64,000 bases of DNA from Candidatus Accumulibacter vicinus. Its GTDB lineage: Bacteria > Pseudomonadota > Gammaproteobacteria > Burkholderiales > Rhodocyclaceae. The stretch covers positions 6,310 through 70,309 of the forward strand of contig DIME01000188.1 in assembly GCA_002425405.1 (NCBI GenBank), given 5' to 3'. The notes under the pieces were generated by a model, which was not told the origin of the DNA, did no database searches, and saw only the letters and a program-made list of their open reading frames with translations. A program made the position numbers and the translations under genes. This document shows positions 41,866-52,315 of the stretch, in pieces (the first letter of the stretch is position 1; every line of letters starts with the position of its first letter).

Positions 41866-42168
41866 TCAGATCGAGTCTACCGCGTCCAGAGCGCCGTCGA
41901 CGCGTTCCCGCAACTCCTTCCCGGCCTTGAAGTGCGGTACCCATTTTTCTGGAACCTCGACCTTGTCGCCGGACTTGGGATTCCGACCGACCCGCGGTGG
42001 CCGGTAATTCAGAGAGAAACTCCCAAAGCCACGAATCTCGATGCGATCACCCTGGGCCAGGGCCTCCTCCATGGCAGCGAGAATCATCTTCACCGACAGG
42101 TCCGCATCCTTGGCGACCAGTTGCGGAAAGCGCTCGGCCAGCTGGGCGATAAGATCCGACTTGGTCAT
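41866..42168 (-). CDS. ihfB: Integration host factor beta subunit
   Basis: [37 protein letters not shown]. Confidence 0.97.
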   Translation of the reverse strand: MTKSDLIAQLAERFPQLVAKDADLSVKMILAAMEEALAQGDRIEIRGFGSFSLNYRPPRVGRNPKSGDKVEVPEKWVPHFKAGKELRERVDGALDAVDSI

Positions 42169-42178
42169 TTGCTAAACC

Positions 42179-43876
42179 CTAGTTCGGGTTGTTGAGCTTG
42201 GCTTTGAGCAGGGCCCCGAGATTCGTGGTGCCTGAACTGGCGTTGCTGTCAGCCGAAAACTTCTGCATGGCTTCCTGCTGCTCAGCCTGCTCCCGGGCCT
42301 TGATCGACAGGCTGATGGAACGTGTCTTGCGATCCACGTTGATGATCATCGCTTCCACCTTGTCACCTTCCTTGTACACCTTGGTCAGGTCATCAATGCG
42401 GTCTCGCGATACTTCCGAAGCGCGCAGATAGGCTTCGATGTCGCCATCGAGCGTCACTACTGCACCACGGGCATCGACCGATTTGACGACGCCACGCGCG
42501 ATGCTGTTCTTGTCGTGAGTCGCGATATAGCTGGTATAGGGATCGCCATCAAGCTGTTTGATGCCCAGCGAAATCCGCTCCTTGTCAGTATCGATGGCCA
42601 GCACCACAGCATCGACCTCATCGCCCTTCTTGAAGTTGCGGATCGCTTCTTCTCCCGGCAGCGACCATGAAAGGTCGGACAGATGTACCAGACCGTCGAT
42701 GCCACCGGGCAGACCAATGAAGACGCCAAAGTCGGTGATCGACTTGATGGCGCCCCGAACCCGGTCGCCCTTCTTGTAGTTCATCGAGAAGTCGTCCCAC
42801 GGGTTGGCCGCACACTGCTTCATCCCCAGGGAAATTCGGCGCCGATCCTCATCGATCTCGAGGATCATCACTTCGACTTCATCGCCGAGTTGAACGACTT
42901 TCGACGGATGCACGTTTTTGTTGGTCCAGTCCATCTCGGAGACATGCACCAGTCCCTCAATGCCCTGTTCGATCTCGACAAAGGCGCCGTAGTCGGTGAG
43001 GTTGGTGACTTTCCCGAACAGCCGGGTGGTCGGTGGGTAGCGGCGCGAGATGCCGACCCAGGGATCTTCGCCCAACTGCTTGAGACCGAGCGAAACGCGG
43101 TTCTTTTCCTGGTCGAACTTGAGGATCTTGGCCTGCACCTCGTCGCCCACTGCAAGCACTTCGGAGGGGTGGCGAACCCGGCGCCAGGCCAGGTCAGTGA
43201 TATGCAGCAGGCCATCGATGCCGCCCAGGTCAACGAAAGCGCCGTAATCGGTGATGTTCTTGACCACCCCTTTAACGATGCTGCCTTCCTTGAGTGCCGC
43301 CAACAGTGCATCGCGCTCTTCGCCCACACTGGCTTCGAGGACGGCACGGCGGGAAACGACGACATTGTTGCGCTTGCGGTCGAGCTTGATGACCTTGAAT
43401 TCGTAGGTCTTGCCTTCGTACGGGGTGGTGTCCTTGACCGGACGCATGTCCACCAGCGAACCCGGCAGGAAGGCGCGGACGCTGTTGGTCATGACCGTCA
43501 GCCCGCCCTTGACCTTGCCGGTGATGGTGCCGGTCACCAGGCTGCCGTCATTGAGCGCCTGTTCGAGAGCATTCCATGCTGCGACACGTTTGGCACGGTC
43601 GCGCGACAGACGGGTTTCACCGAAACCGTTTTCGAGCTGCTCGATGGCGACTTGGACAAAATCCCCGACCTTGACCTCGATTTCGCCATTGTCACTCAGG
43701 AATTCTTCAATTTCAATATAGCTCTCGGACTTGAGACCGGCATTGACAACCACAAAATTCTGGTCAATGCGCACGACTTCCGCGGTGATGACCTCCCCGG
43801 GACGCATTTCCTGACGACCGAGGCTCTCTTCGAAGAGTTCGGCAAAACTTTCTTGCATGATGGGATGAGCTGACAT
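42179..43876 (-). CDS. rpsA: 30S ribosomal protein S1
   Basis: Six S1 repeats ([35 protein letters not shown]); start moved to 43876. Confidence 0.98.
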   Translation of the reverse strand: MSAHPIMQESFAELFEESLGRQEMRPGEVITAEVVRIDQNFVVVNAGLKSESYIEIEEFLSDNGEIEVKVGDFVQVAIEQLENGFGETRLSRDRAKRVAAWNALEQALNDGSLVTGTITGKVKGGLTVMTNSVRAFLPGSLVDMRPVKDTTPYEGKTYEFKVIKLDRKRNNVVVSRRAVLEASVGEERDALLAALKEGSIVKGVVKNITDYGAFVDLGGIDGLLHITDLAWRRVRHPSEVLAVGDEVQAKILKFDQEKNRVSLGLKQLGEDPWVGISRRYPPTTRLFGKVTNLTDYGAFVEIEQGIEGLVHVSEMDWTNKNVHPSKVVQLGDEVEVMILEIDEDRRRISLGMKQCAANPWDDFSMNYKKGDRVRGAIKSITDFGVFIGLPGGIDGLVHLSDLSWSLPGEEAIRNFKKGDEVDAVVLAIDTDKERISLGIKQLDGDPYTSYIATHDKNSIARGVVKSVDARGAVVTLDGDIEAYLRASEVSRDRIDDLTKVYKEGDKVEAMIINVDRKTRSISLSIKAREQAEQQEAMQKFSADSNASSGTTNLGALLKAKLNNPN

Positions 43877-44062
43877 ATGAGTTGAGTTACCTAACCGCAG
43901 CATTGCGGGGTGAATGAATGAACGATCACCAGTTCCGGCTTGACAGTCTTACAAGGCGGAGGCAAGGGCATGGCACCGGCAGATCTGGTGCGGCAGAACC
44001 TGCCGGGCCAACGGAACGACACGTCGAACTGGTGACACCTCAGGAAAACGACGGTTGCCGTT

Positions 44063-46015
44063 TCACCTTTTCTGCGGACCCTTGCCGATCCAGTCCAGGA
44101 CCTGTGCCACCGCTGAGTCGATGGTGTGGTCCGTGGTGTCGAGTAGCTCGGCGTCCGCACCCTGCTGCATCGGAGCGACGCTACGTTGGCTATCCCGTTC
44201 GTCGCGCTCGCGCAGATCCAGCAAGAGGTCTTCAATACTAGCAGCCATTCCTTTTTCGATCAACTGCTTATGCCGGCGCATGGCGCGCATCTCGACGCTT
44301 GCAGTGAGAAATACCTTGGTCATCGCATCCGGAAAAACGACCGACCCCATGTCGCGCCCGTCGGCAACGAGTCCGGGTGACCGGCGAAAAGCCCGCTGCC
44401 GGAACAGCAGGGCAGCGCGTACGGCAGGCAGCGCAGCCACTCGCGAAGCACCGACAGAGATCTCCTCGCTACGGATGGCGTCGGAAACTTCCTCGCCAGC
44501 CAGAAGGATTGCATGGTCGCCAAACTCGACGTCAAGACCGGCAGCAATCGCTGCGACAGCGTCTTCATCGTCCCAGGCCGTTCCAGCACGCCGTGCGGCC
44601 AGGGCGGTCAAGCGATAGAGAGCGCCGGAATCGAGGTAGTGCCAGCCCAGCGCCTGCGCGACGCGGGTGGCGATGGTGCCTTTGCCTGAAGCCGAGGTGC
44701 CGTCAATGGCGATCACCGGCACCGCCTGGCCGACCTCGGCGAAGCGTGCGAAATAGTCCGGAAAGGTCTTGGCCACCGTCTGCGGGTCATTGATCCGCAG
44801 TGGCGTTCCCAGTGCCGCCAGCGAGCAGGCCATGGCCATCCGGTGGTCATCATAGGTGTCGATCGCCACCGCGTGCAGACCGCCAACTGGCGGATCAATG
44901 CGGAGGTAGTCCGCGCCCTCTTCGACGCTTGCACCGAGCTTGCGCAGCTCGGTTGCCATCGCGGCGATGCGGTCGGTTTCCTTGACTCGCCAGCTGGCAA
45001 TATGGCGCAAGGTGGTCGGCCCGTCGGCAAACAAGGCCGTGGTGGCCAGCGTCATCGCCGCATCGGGAATGTGATTGCAATCGAGGTCGATACCCCGCAG
45101 CCTGCCGGCCAACGGCGCCGCCGCCTCGATCCAGTGGGCCCCTGCACTGATCTGTGCGCCCATCGCGGAGAGGGCATCGGCAAAGCGGACATCCCCCTGG
45201 ATCGAATCCGGGCCAATCCCCTCGACACGCAACGGCCCACCGCCGATCGCGCCGAGCGCGAGGAAGTAGGACGCCGACGAGGCATCGCCTTCGACCTGGA
45301 CGAGCCCTGGCGAACGATAGGCGCTGCTCGCAGGCACGGTAAAGCGCCGCCAGCCGTCGCGTCGCACCTCGACGCCAAAGCGCGCCATGCTCGCCAGCGT
45401 GATGTCGATGTAGGGTCTGGAAATCAGCTCGCCGACCACTTCCACCGTCGTTTCGACCCCGCGCAGCGGCAAGGCCATCAACAGACCGGTGAGAAACTGG
45501 CTGGACACGTCGCCACGGACCTGCACCACATCATTCGGGCAGGGCCTCGGCGGATGGATCAGCAGGGGCGGAAAGCCCTCGACACCCAGGTAGCTGATCT
45601 CGGCGCCGAGCTGGCGCAAGGCATCGACCAGATCGCCAATCGGTCGTTCGTGCATCCGCGGCACGCCGCTCAGGCGGTAGTCACCCCTGGCGAGCGCCAG
45701 GACTGCAGTCAGCGGCCGGAAAGCCGTGCCGGCGTTGCCGAGAAAAAGGTCGGCCGCACGGACCGGGAAATCTCCTGCCACACCCGTGATACAAAGCGTC
45801 TTGCCCTCCCCCGGCGCGACGCCAACGCCGAGTACCCGCAGCGCTGCGAGCATGCGCGCGGTGTCATCGGAGAGCAGCAGGTCACCAAGCTCGGTCCTGC
45901 CCGTGGCCAGCGCTGCCAGCAGCAGCAGCCGGTTGGAGAGGCTCTTCGAACCGGGCAGGTGTACCGTACCGCGCGCCGCGCACAACTGCGGCAGATCGAG
46001 ATGGTCGATGCTCAC
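44063..46015 (-). CDS. aroA: Bifunctional EPSP synthase / cytidylate kinase
   Basis: [38 protein letters not shown], then in frame [12 protein letters not shown]...DSGALYR...DGRDMG (Cmk); GTG start overlaps the tyrA stop. Confidence 0.93.
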   Translation of the reverse strand: MSIDHLDLPQLCAARGTVHLPGSKSLSNRLLLLAALATGRTELGDLLLSDDTARMLAALRVLGVGVAPGEGKTLCITGVAGDFPVRAADLFLGNAGTAFRPLTAVLALARGDYRLSGVPRMHERPIGDLVDALRQLGAEISYLGVEGFPPLLIHPPRPCPNDVVQVRGDVSSQFLTGLLMALPLRGVETTVEVVGELISRPYIDITLASMARFGVEVRRDGWRRFTVPASSAYRSPGLVQVEGDASSASYFLALGAIGGGPLRVEGIGPDSIQGDVRFADALSAMGAQISAGAHWIEAAAPLAGRLRGIDLDCNHIPDAAMTLATTALFADGPTTLRHIASWRVKETDRIAAMATELRKLGASVEEGADYLRIDPPVGGLHAVAIDTYDDHRMAMACSLAALGTPLRINDPQTVAKTFPDYFARFAEVGQAVPVIAIDGTSASGKGTIATRVAQALGWHYLDSGALYRLTALAARRAGTAWDDEDAVAAIAAGLDVEFGDHAILLAGEEVSDAIRSEEISVGASRVAALPAVRAALLFRQRAFRRSPGLVADGRDMGSVVFPDAMTKVFLTASVEMRAMRRHKQLIEKGMAASIEDLLLDLRERDERDSQRSVAPMQQGADAELLDTTDHTIDSAVAQVLDWIGKGPQKR

Positions 46016-46899
46016 TTGTTCGCCTGACCTGCCGCCCACTCGCGACGAGCGTTCCTGGCGATGTCGAAGGTCGCTTCGAGGCTGGCACCGTCGCCACGCT
46101 GCAGCGCCTCCCGCAATTCGTCGAGTTCTTCCCGGTAGCGGTCGAGTTCGTCGAGCAAAGCGGTGCGATTGGCCAGACAGATATCGCGCCACATCTCCGG
46201 GTGGCTGGCAGCAATGCGCGTGAAGTCGCGAAAACCGCTGGCGGCAAAGCCGAACAGCAACTCCCGGTTGTCGCGCCGGGTCAGCTCATGCACCAGTGCA
46301 AAGGACAAGAGGTGCGGCAGATGGCTGACGGCAGCGAAAATCCGATCATGCTCGGCCGCCGTCAGTTCCCTGACCAGGCCGCCGCAGCACGCCCATGCCG
46401 AACGTACGCGCGCGATGTCCTCGGGACGGTTTTCCGGCAGTGGTGTCAGGACGACCTGCTTGTGACGATAGAGATCGGCGCGCGCGGCCAGCGCACCGCT
46501 ATTTTCGGCACCGGCAATGGGGTGCGCGGGGACGAATTGACCGAGCCGGGCGGCAAAATGGACGCGCGCTGCGGCAATCACGTTTCCCTTGGTACTGCCC
46601 GCGTCGGTAACCAGCGTCTGGCGCCCCAGGCAGGGGGCAATGCGGGCCATGATCTCGGCGGTCTTGCCGACCGGCGTCGCGATCAGTACCAAGTCGGCAT
46701 TGGAAACCTCCTGCCCGACATTGAATCCGGCACGGTCCACGATACCCAGCTCCAGCGCCTGCGTCAGCGAGCCGATCCGACGCCCGAAACCGACGATCTC
46801 TGCGGCCTCTCCGGCAGCCTTGAGTGCCAGCGCGAAGGATCCCCCGATCAGACCGACGCCAAAGACAACGACCTTGCCGAACAGCGGCGCGCTGCTCAC
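46012..46899 (-). CDS. tyrA: Prephenate/arogenate dehydrogenase
   Basis: [45 protein letters not shown]. Confidence 0.92.
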   Translation of the reverse strand: MSSAPLFGKVVVFGVGLIGGSFALALKAAGEAAEIVGFGRRIGSLTQALELGIVDRAGFNVGQEVSNADLVLIATPVGKTAEIMARIAPCLGRQTLVTDAGSTKGNVIAAARVHFAARLGQFVPAHPIAGAENSGALAARADLYRHKQVVLTPLPENRPEDIARVRSAWACCGGLVRELTAAEHDRIFAAVSHLPHLLSFALVHELTRRDNRELLFGFAASGFRDFTRIAASHPEMWRDICLANRTALLDELDRYREELDELREALQRGDGASLEATFDIARNARREWAAGQANK

Positions 46900-46924
46900 G
46901 GCAGGGCTCCGGGGCAGCCGCTAC

Positions 46925-48028
46925 TCACAGCGACCCCTCCAGGGCGGCCAGGAAGCGAGTATTTTCGCTTTCGGTGCCGATCGTGACGCGCAGCCATTCC
47001 GGCATCCCGTAGCTGGCGATCGGGCGAACGATGATCCCCTGCTTGAGCAGCTTCTGGTTGACCAGATGCGCATCCGCTGCCCGGAAAGTCAAGAAGTTGC
47101 CATGCGATGGAATGTGGGTACAGCCCAGGCGTTTCAGTCCGCCAACAATCTGCGCCATTCCCGAACGGTTGAGCGCATAGCTGCTGGCGACGAACTGATG
47201 GTCATCGAGCGCTGCGATGGCTGCGGCCAGTGCGAGGTTGTTGCAATTGAAGGGCTGGCGAACGCGATTCATGAGGTCGGCGATCTCGGCCGAGCAGAGC
47301 GCATAACCGATGCGCAGACCCGCCAGACCGTAGATCTTCGAAAAGGTGCGGGTGATCACCAGATTCGGAAAGGCCGCCAGCCAGGCGGTTGTATCGACCC
47401 GCTCGGCGGGAGGCAGGTATTCGTTGTAGGCTTCGTCGAGCACCACCACGACCTCTGCCGGCAGCGACTGTAGAAACGCCCGCAGCTGCGCATACGGCAC
47501 AAAGGTGCCGGTCGGATTGTTGGGGTTGGCGATCCAGAGCAGCCGTGTATCGGGCCGGATTGCAGCGCGCATGGCATCGAGGTCATGGCCGTAATCCCTG
47601 GCCGCAACGGCAATGCCCTCGCCACCGGCCGCCAGCGTTGCCAGCGGGTAAACGGCAAAGGCATACTGCGCGAAGACTGCCGAGCGCCCCGGCGCCAGAA
47701 AAACCCGGGCAATGATATCGAGCAAGTCATTCGAGCCATTGCCGAGAACGATGCACTCCCTTCCCAGGCCGGTCCGTTCAGCCAGGGACTGTTTCAACGC
47801 GAAGTCATCCGGATAACGCGCCAGGCCGGTGATCGCCTCGGTCACTGCCACGCGCGCCTTGGGGCTCATGCCGAGCGGATTCTCGTTGGAAGCCAGCTTG
47901 ACGATCTGTTCGACGGCAAGGCCCATCTCGCGCGCCAGTTGGGTGATCGGTTTGCCCGGCTGGTAGGGAGAAATGGCCCGGATGTAGGGTAATGATTGCT
48001 CGTAGAGTGTCATCTGCAGTCCTCGCAT
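46925..48028 (-). CDS. hisC: Histidinol-phosphate / aromatic aminotransferase
   Basis: LASNENP, NPNNPTG, DEAY, RTFSKIYGLAGLRIGY. Confidence 0.93.
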   Translation of the reverse strand: MRGLQMTLYEQSLPYIRAISPYQPGKPITQLAREMGLAVEQIVKLASNENPLGMSPKARVAVTEAITGLARYPDDFALKQSLAERTGLGRECIVLGNGSNDLLDIIARVFLAPGRSAVFAQYAFAVYPLATLAAGGEGIAVAARDYGHDLDAMRAAIRPDTRLLWIANPNNPTGTFVPYAQLRAFLQSLPAEVVVVLDEAYNEYLPPAERVDTTAWLAAFPNLVITRTFSKIYGLAGLRIGYALCSAEIADLMNRVRQPFNCNNLALAAAIAALDDHQFVASSYALNRSGMAQIVGGLKRLGCTHIPSHGNFLTFRAADAHLVNQKLLKQGIIVRPIASYGMPEWLRVTIGTESENTRFLAALEGSL

Positions 48029-48044
48029 CGAAAAGTCGAAAAGC

Positions 48045-49136
48045 CTAGTAGACCGCGACCGGGTATGAACCCAGCAGCTTCAGATAAGGCGCACGCCGAG
48101 CCAGTTCGGTGAGTGCGCTACGCACTGCCACATCGTCGCGGTGGCCCTCGACATCGACGAAAAAGACATACGCCCACAGCGTATGACGTGCTGGACGTGA
48201 CTCCAGCCGGGTCAGCGAAACACCGGCATCGGAAAACGGGGCCAGCAGCTTGCTGAGCGCGCCGGTCTGGTTGTGCGCCGACATGATCAGCGAGGTCTTG
48301 TCACGCCCCGATGGCCCGGCGTCGTGGCGACCGAGAACGACGAAGCGGGTGGTATTGTTCGGTTCATCCTCGATGTTGCTGGCCAGTTCAGGCAGTCGAT
48401 AACGCTCGGCAGCCGCCTGACCGGCGATTGCCGCCGCCCCGGCTTCGGTCGCGGCGAGTTGCGCGGCCTGCGCGTTGCTGCCGACCGGGATGCGCTGCAC
48501 ATTCGGCAGCGAGCGATTCAGCCACTCGTGACATTGCGCCAGCGACTGCGCGTGTGAATAGACCTTCACCACTTCACCCAGAGAGCGCTCGTTCGACAGC
48601 AGATGCTGGTGAATGCGCAGCACCACTTCGCCGCAGACCTTGAGCGGCGTCGTCAGCAGCAGGTCGAGGGTGCGTCCGACGGCACCCTCGGTCGAGTTTT
48701 CGATTGGCACCACAGCGTAGTCGGCATGACAGGATTCGACTTCGCGAAAGACATCGTCGATCGAAATCTGGGGCATCGGGCGTGCGGCATGACCAAAATG
48801 CTTGATCGCTGCGCTTTCCGAGAAGGTGCCGAGCGGTCCCAGGAAGGCGATGCCCAGCGGCTGTTCGAGCGACAGGCAGGCCGACATCACTTCCCGGAAA
48901 AACCAGGTCACGCTCTCGTTCGACAGCGGCCCTGGGTTGATCTCCTGAATCCGCTGCAGCACCTGCGCTTCACGCTCGGGCCGATAAATGAAGCCGGCCT
49001 CACCATGGCGCGCCTTGATCTCCCCGACCTGCTGCGCATAGCGGGCACGCCGGTTCAACAAGTCCAGCAGTTGCCTGTCAAGGCCGTCGATCTGCTGACG
49101 AACGACCGCCAGTTCGCTCTGCAGGTCGCCGCTCAC
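48045..49136 (-). CDS. pheA: Chorismate mutase / prephenate dehydratase (P-protein)
   Basis: RQQIDGLD..LL.LLNRR, LGPLGTFSE, PIENSTEG, NNTTRF, LESRP; GTG start at 49136. Confidence 0.95.
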   Translation of the reverse strand: MSGDLQSELAVVRQQIDGLDRQLLDLLNRRARYAQQVGEIKARHGEAGFIYRPEREAQVLQRIQEINPGPLSNESVTWFFREVMSACLSLEQPLGIAFLGPLGTFSESAAIKHFGHAARPMPQISIDDVFREVESCHADYAVVPIENSTEGAVGRTLDLLLTTPLKVCGEVVLRIHQHLLSNERSLGEVVKVYSHAQSLAQCHEWLNRSLPNVQRIPVGSNAQAAQLAATEAGAAAIAGQAAAERYRLPELASNIEDEPNNTTRFVVLGRHDAGPSGRDKTSLIMSAHNQTGALSKLLAPFSDAGVSLTRLESRPARHTLWAYVFFVDVEGHRDDVAVRSALTELARRAPYLKLLGSYPVAVY

Positions 49137-49205
49137 CAAGCGTATCCCGTGTGCAGTCGCAGCCGGTCGGTCAGGCAAGGCAGGCGGTCGAACATGCCGA
49201 CCACC

Positions 49206-51827
49206 CTAGCCCTGCTCCGGATCGGTCACGGGCAGCTCGACCGCGGCAGTGTCCTCGTCATCCGCCGGGGGTTCAACCCCTTCGACGTCGTCTTCGCTTT
49301 CGACGACCTTTTCCAGACCGGCGAGCTTCTCGCCGGCGTCGAGCGCGATCAGCGTCACTCCCTGGGTCGCGCGTCCAAGTTCGCGAATCTCGCGCACGCG
49401 CGTGCGGATCAACACGCCACCGGTGGTGATCAGCATGATCTCGTCTTCGTCACGCACCAGGCGGGCAGCGACGACCTTGCCGTTGCGTTCGCTGGCGGCA
49501 ATTGCCTTGACCCCCTGCGTGCCGCGACCGGAATGGCGGAAATCGGCGAGAACCGTGCGTTTGCCAAAACCGTTCTCGGTGGCCACCAGCACCGTCTGCT
49601 GATCGTTGTCGGCAACCAGCAGCGACAACACCTGTTGCTGGTCCGCAAGCCGCATTCCCCGCACGCCGCGTGCCGTACGCCCCATCGGGCGAACCTCCTC
49701 CTCGTCGAACCACACCGCTTTGCCGACGTCGGAAACCAGCACCACATCCTGCAGACCATTGGTGATCTCGGCGCCGATCAGGACGTCATCCTCGTCGAGG
49801 GCGACGGCGATGATGCCGGCCTTGCGCGGGTTGGAGAAATCCGACAGCGGCGTCTTCTTGACCGTGCCGTTGGCGGTGCACATGAAGATGTAGCGATCGT
49901 CGGCGAACTCCTTGACCGGCAGGATGGCACTGATTTTCTCGCCCTCCTCGAAGGGAAACAGGTTGACGATCGGCTTGCCGCGGCTACTGCGCGTCCCTTG
50001 CGGCACCTCATAGACTTTCAGCCAGTAGACGCGCCCCCGGTTGGTGAAGCAGAGAATGAAATCGTGCGTATTGGCCACAAACAGATGGTCGACGAAATCG
50101 TCCGCCTTCATCGCTGCCGCCTGCTTGCCCCGTCCACCCCGCCGCTGTGCGCGATAGTCGGCGAGTGGCTGCGCCTTGATGTAACCGGTATGCGAAAGCG
50201 TCACCACCATGTCGGCCGGGGTGATGAAATCCTCGATGCCGAGATCCTGGGTGTGGGTGACGATCTCCGAACGGCGCTTGTCGGAGAACTGGGCACGGAT
50301 GCCGGTCAATTCGTCGACGATCATCTCGGTGATGCGCTCGGGTCGCGCCAGGATGTCCATCAGGTCGGCAATGCGTTCGAGCAGTTCGCCGTAATCGGCA
50401 ACGATCTTGTCGCGTTCGAGGCCGGTCAAGCGCTGCAGGCGCAGTTCGAGGATCGCCTGCGCCTGGGCTTCCGAGAGCAGGTAGCCGTTCTCCGCCAGGC
50501 CGAATTCGCGACCCAGTCCTTCCGGGCGGGTCGCATCGAGCGCCGCCCGCCGCAGCATCTCGGCCACCGTCGGCGAGGTCCAGTGCCTGGCCATCAGCCC
50601 GCGGCGCGCATCGGCCGGCGTCGGCGCAGCCTTGATCAGGGCAATGATCTCGTCGACATTGTCGAGCGCCACCGCCAGGCCTTCCTGGATGTGCGCCCGC
50701 TCGCGTGCCTTGCGCAATTCGAAAACGGTTCGCCGGGTCAACACCTCGCGCCGGTGCCAGAGAAAACATTCGAGCATCTGTTTGAGGTTGAGCAGGCGCG
50801 GCTGCCCATCGACCAGGGCGACCATGTTCATGCCGAAGGTGTCCTGCAGTTGCGTCTGCTTGTACAGGCAGTTGAGCACCACTTCAGTCACTTCGCCACG
50901 CTTCAGCTCGATCACCACGCGCATGCCCGATTTGTCGGACTCGTCGCGCAGATCGGAAATGCCTTCGATCTTCTTCTCGTTGACCAGCTCGCCGAGCCTT
51001 TCGAGCAGCGTTCGCTTGTTCACCTGGTAAGGTAGTTCGTCGATGATGATCGCCTGACGATTGTTGCCCTTCTCCATGTCCTCGAAGTGCACCTTGCCGC
51101 GCATGATGACGCGTCCTCGCCCGGTGCGATAGCCCTCGCGGACACCGGCAAGGCCGTAGATGATGCCGGCGGTCGGAAAGTCGGGCGCCGGCAGCAGATC
51201 GATCAGCTCGTCGACGCCGATCTCGGCATTGTCAAGCAACGCGAGACAGGCATCGATCACTTCGCCGAGGTTGTGCGGCGGAATGTTGGTCGCCATGCCG
51301 ACCGCAATCCCCGACGAGCCGTTGATCAGCAGGTTCGGAATGCGTGCAGGCATGACCAGCGGCTCGTCCTCCGAACCGTCGTAGTTGGGTCCGAAATCGA
51401 CGGTTTCCTTGTCGATGTCGGCAAGCAATTCGTGCCCGATACGCGCCATGCGCACTTCGGTGTAACGCATCGCGGCAGCATTGTCGCCGTCGACCGAACC
51501 GAAGTTGCCCTGCCCGTCGACCAGCATGTAGCGCAGCGAGAAATCCTGCGCCATGCGCACGATGGTGTCGTAGACCGCCGTGTCGCCATGCGGATGGTAC
51601 TTGCCGATGACATCGCCGACGATCCGCGCCGATTTCTTGTACGGCTTGTTCCAGTCATTCGACAACTCATGCATGGCATAAAGCACACGCCGATGCACCG
51701 GCTTGAGGCCATCACGTGCGTCGGGCAGCGCGCGCCCGACAATCACGCTCATTGCATAATCGAGATACGATCGGCGCATCTCGTCTTCGAGGCTGATCGG
51801 GAGGGTTTCTTTGGCGAAAGCTTCCAT
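49206..51827 (-). CDS. gyrA: DNA gyrase subunit A
   Basis: [30 protein letters not shown], GyrA-box QRRGGRG, C-terminal propeller repeats. Confidence 0.99.
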   Translation of the reverse strand: MEAFAKETLPISLEDEMRRSYLDYAMSVIVGRALPDARDGLKPVHRRVLYAMHELSNDWNKPYKKSARIVGDVIGKYHPHGDTAVYDTIVRMAQDFSLRYMLVDGQGNFGSVDGDNAAAMRYTEVRMARIGHELLADIDKETVDFGPNYDGSEDEPLVMPARIPNLLINGSSGIAVGMATNIPPHNLGEVIDACLALLDNAEIGVDELIDLLPAPDFPTAGIIYGLAGVREGYRTGRGRVIMRGKVHFEDMEKGNNRQAIIIDELPYQVNKRTLLERLGELVNEKKIEGISDLRDESDKSGMRVVIELKRGEVTEVVLNCLYKQTQLQDTFGMNMVALVDGQPRLLNLKQMLECFLWHRREVLTRRTVFELRKARERAHIQEGLAVALDNVDEIIALIKAAPTPADARRGLMARHWTSPTVAEMLRRAALDATRPEGLGREFGLAENGYLLSEAQAQAILELRLQRLTGLERDKIVADYGELLERIADLMDILARPERITEMIVDELTGIRAQFSDKRRSEIVTHTQDLGIEDFITPADMVVTLSHTGYIKAQPLADYRAQRRGGRGKQAAAMKADDFVDHLFVANTHDFILCFTNRGRVYWLKVYEVPQGTRSSRGKPIVNLFPFEEGEKISAILPVKEFADDRYIFMCTANGTVKKTPLSDFSNPRKAGIIAVALDEDDVLIGAEITNGLQDVVLVSDVGKAVWFDEEEVRPMGRTARGVRGMRLADQQQVLSLLVADNDQQTVLVATENGFGKRTVLADFRHSGRGTQGVKAIAASERNGKVVAARLVRDEDEIMLITTGGVLIRTRVREIRELGRATQGVTLIALDAGEKLAGLEKVVESEDDVEGVEPPADDEDTAAVELPVTDPEQG

Positions 51828-51886
51828 CTTCTATCCGCTGGCGACGTGACTTCGGCAGGAATGTCGTCGTCTTGTTGAAGCCCGCT

Positions 51887-51895
51887 ATTCTAACA
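51887..51895 (-). promoter_or_regulatory. Putative extended -10 of gyrA
   Basis: Minus strand TGTTAGAAT about 60 bp upstream of the gyrA ATG, like the GTGTTATAAT gyr promoter motif. Confidence 0.45.
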
Positions 51896-52315
51896 CGCTC
51901 CCGATTTCCCCGGACCCGGCAGGAGAGGGTATCGGGTGTGAATAATTGACCGCAGTTGATCAGGAACATATACTCTCGCGGACAGTTCTGGGTTTCCTTT
52001 CTTCTCATATGCTCGGGATGGTCTGGAGGGCCGCTGGCAGTGCCGCCTCGTTGGTCTGACGACTTCCGGAACATTCCTGGTGGGTGGTCGATGCTCCCTG
52101 GCGGCGCGAACGCCGCCACTCGCCGACCGACGTGTGTACCCTCGCAGGTTGACGGGCGGGTTTGAACTCGCGTAATGACGAAGTATCAACTTCGCTGCGC
52201 CTGCCACGACCCCTCTCTTGATTAACACGTTTTTAGCAAGCCGTTGGCATCGCAAGGGCACCGTGCCATGGCACGGGAGGTAATCGCCAATGCTGTGGAT
52301 AGTTTAGAGGTAGAA

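Noticed and set aside
52246-52285. Possible sigma-54 promoters (TGGCA motifs) upstream of the MBOAT gene
   Set aside because: Neither TGGCA is followed by TTGC at the -12 spacing.
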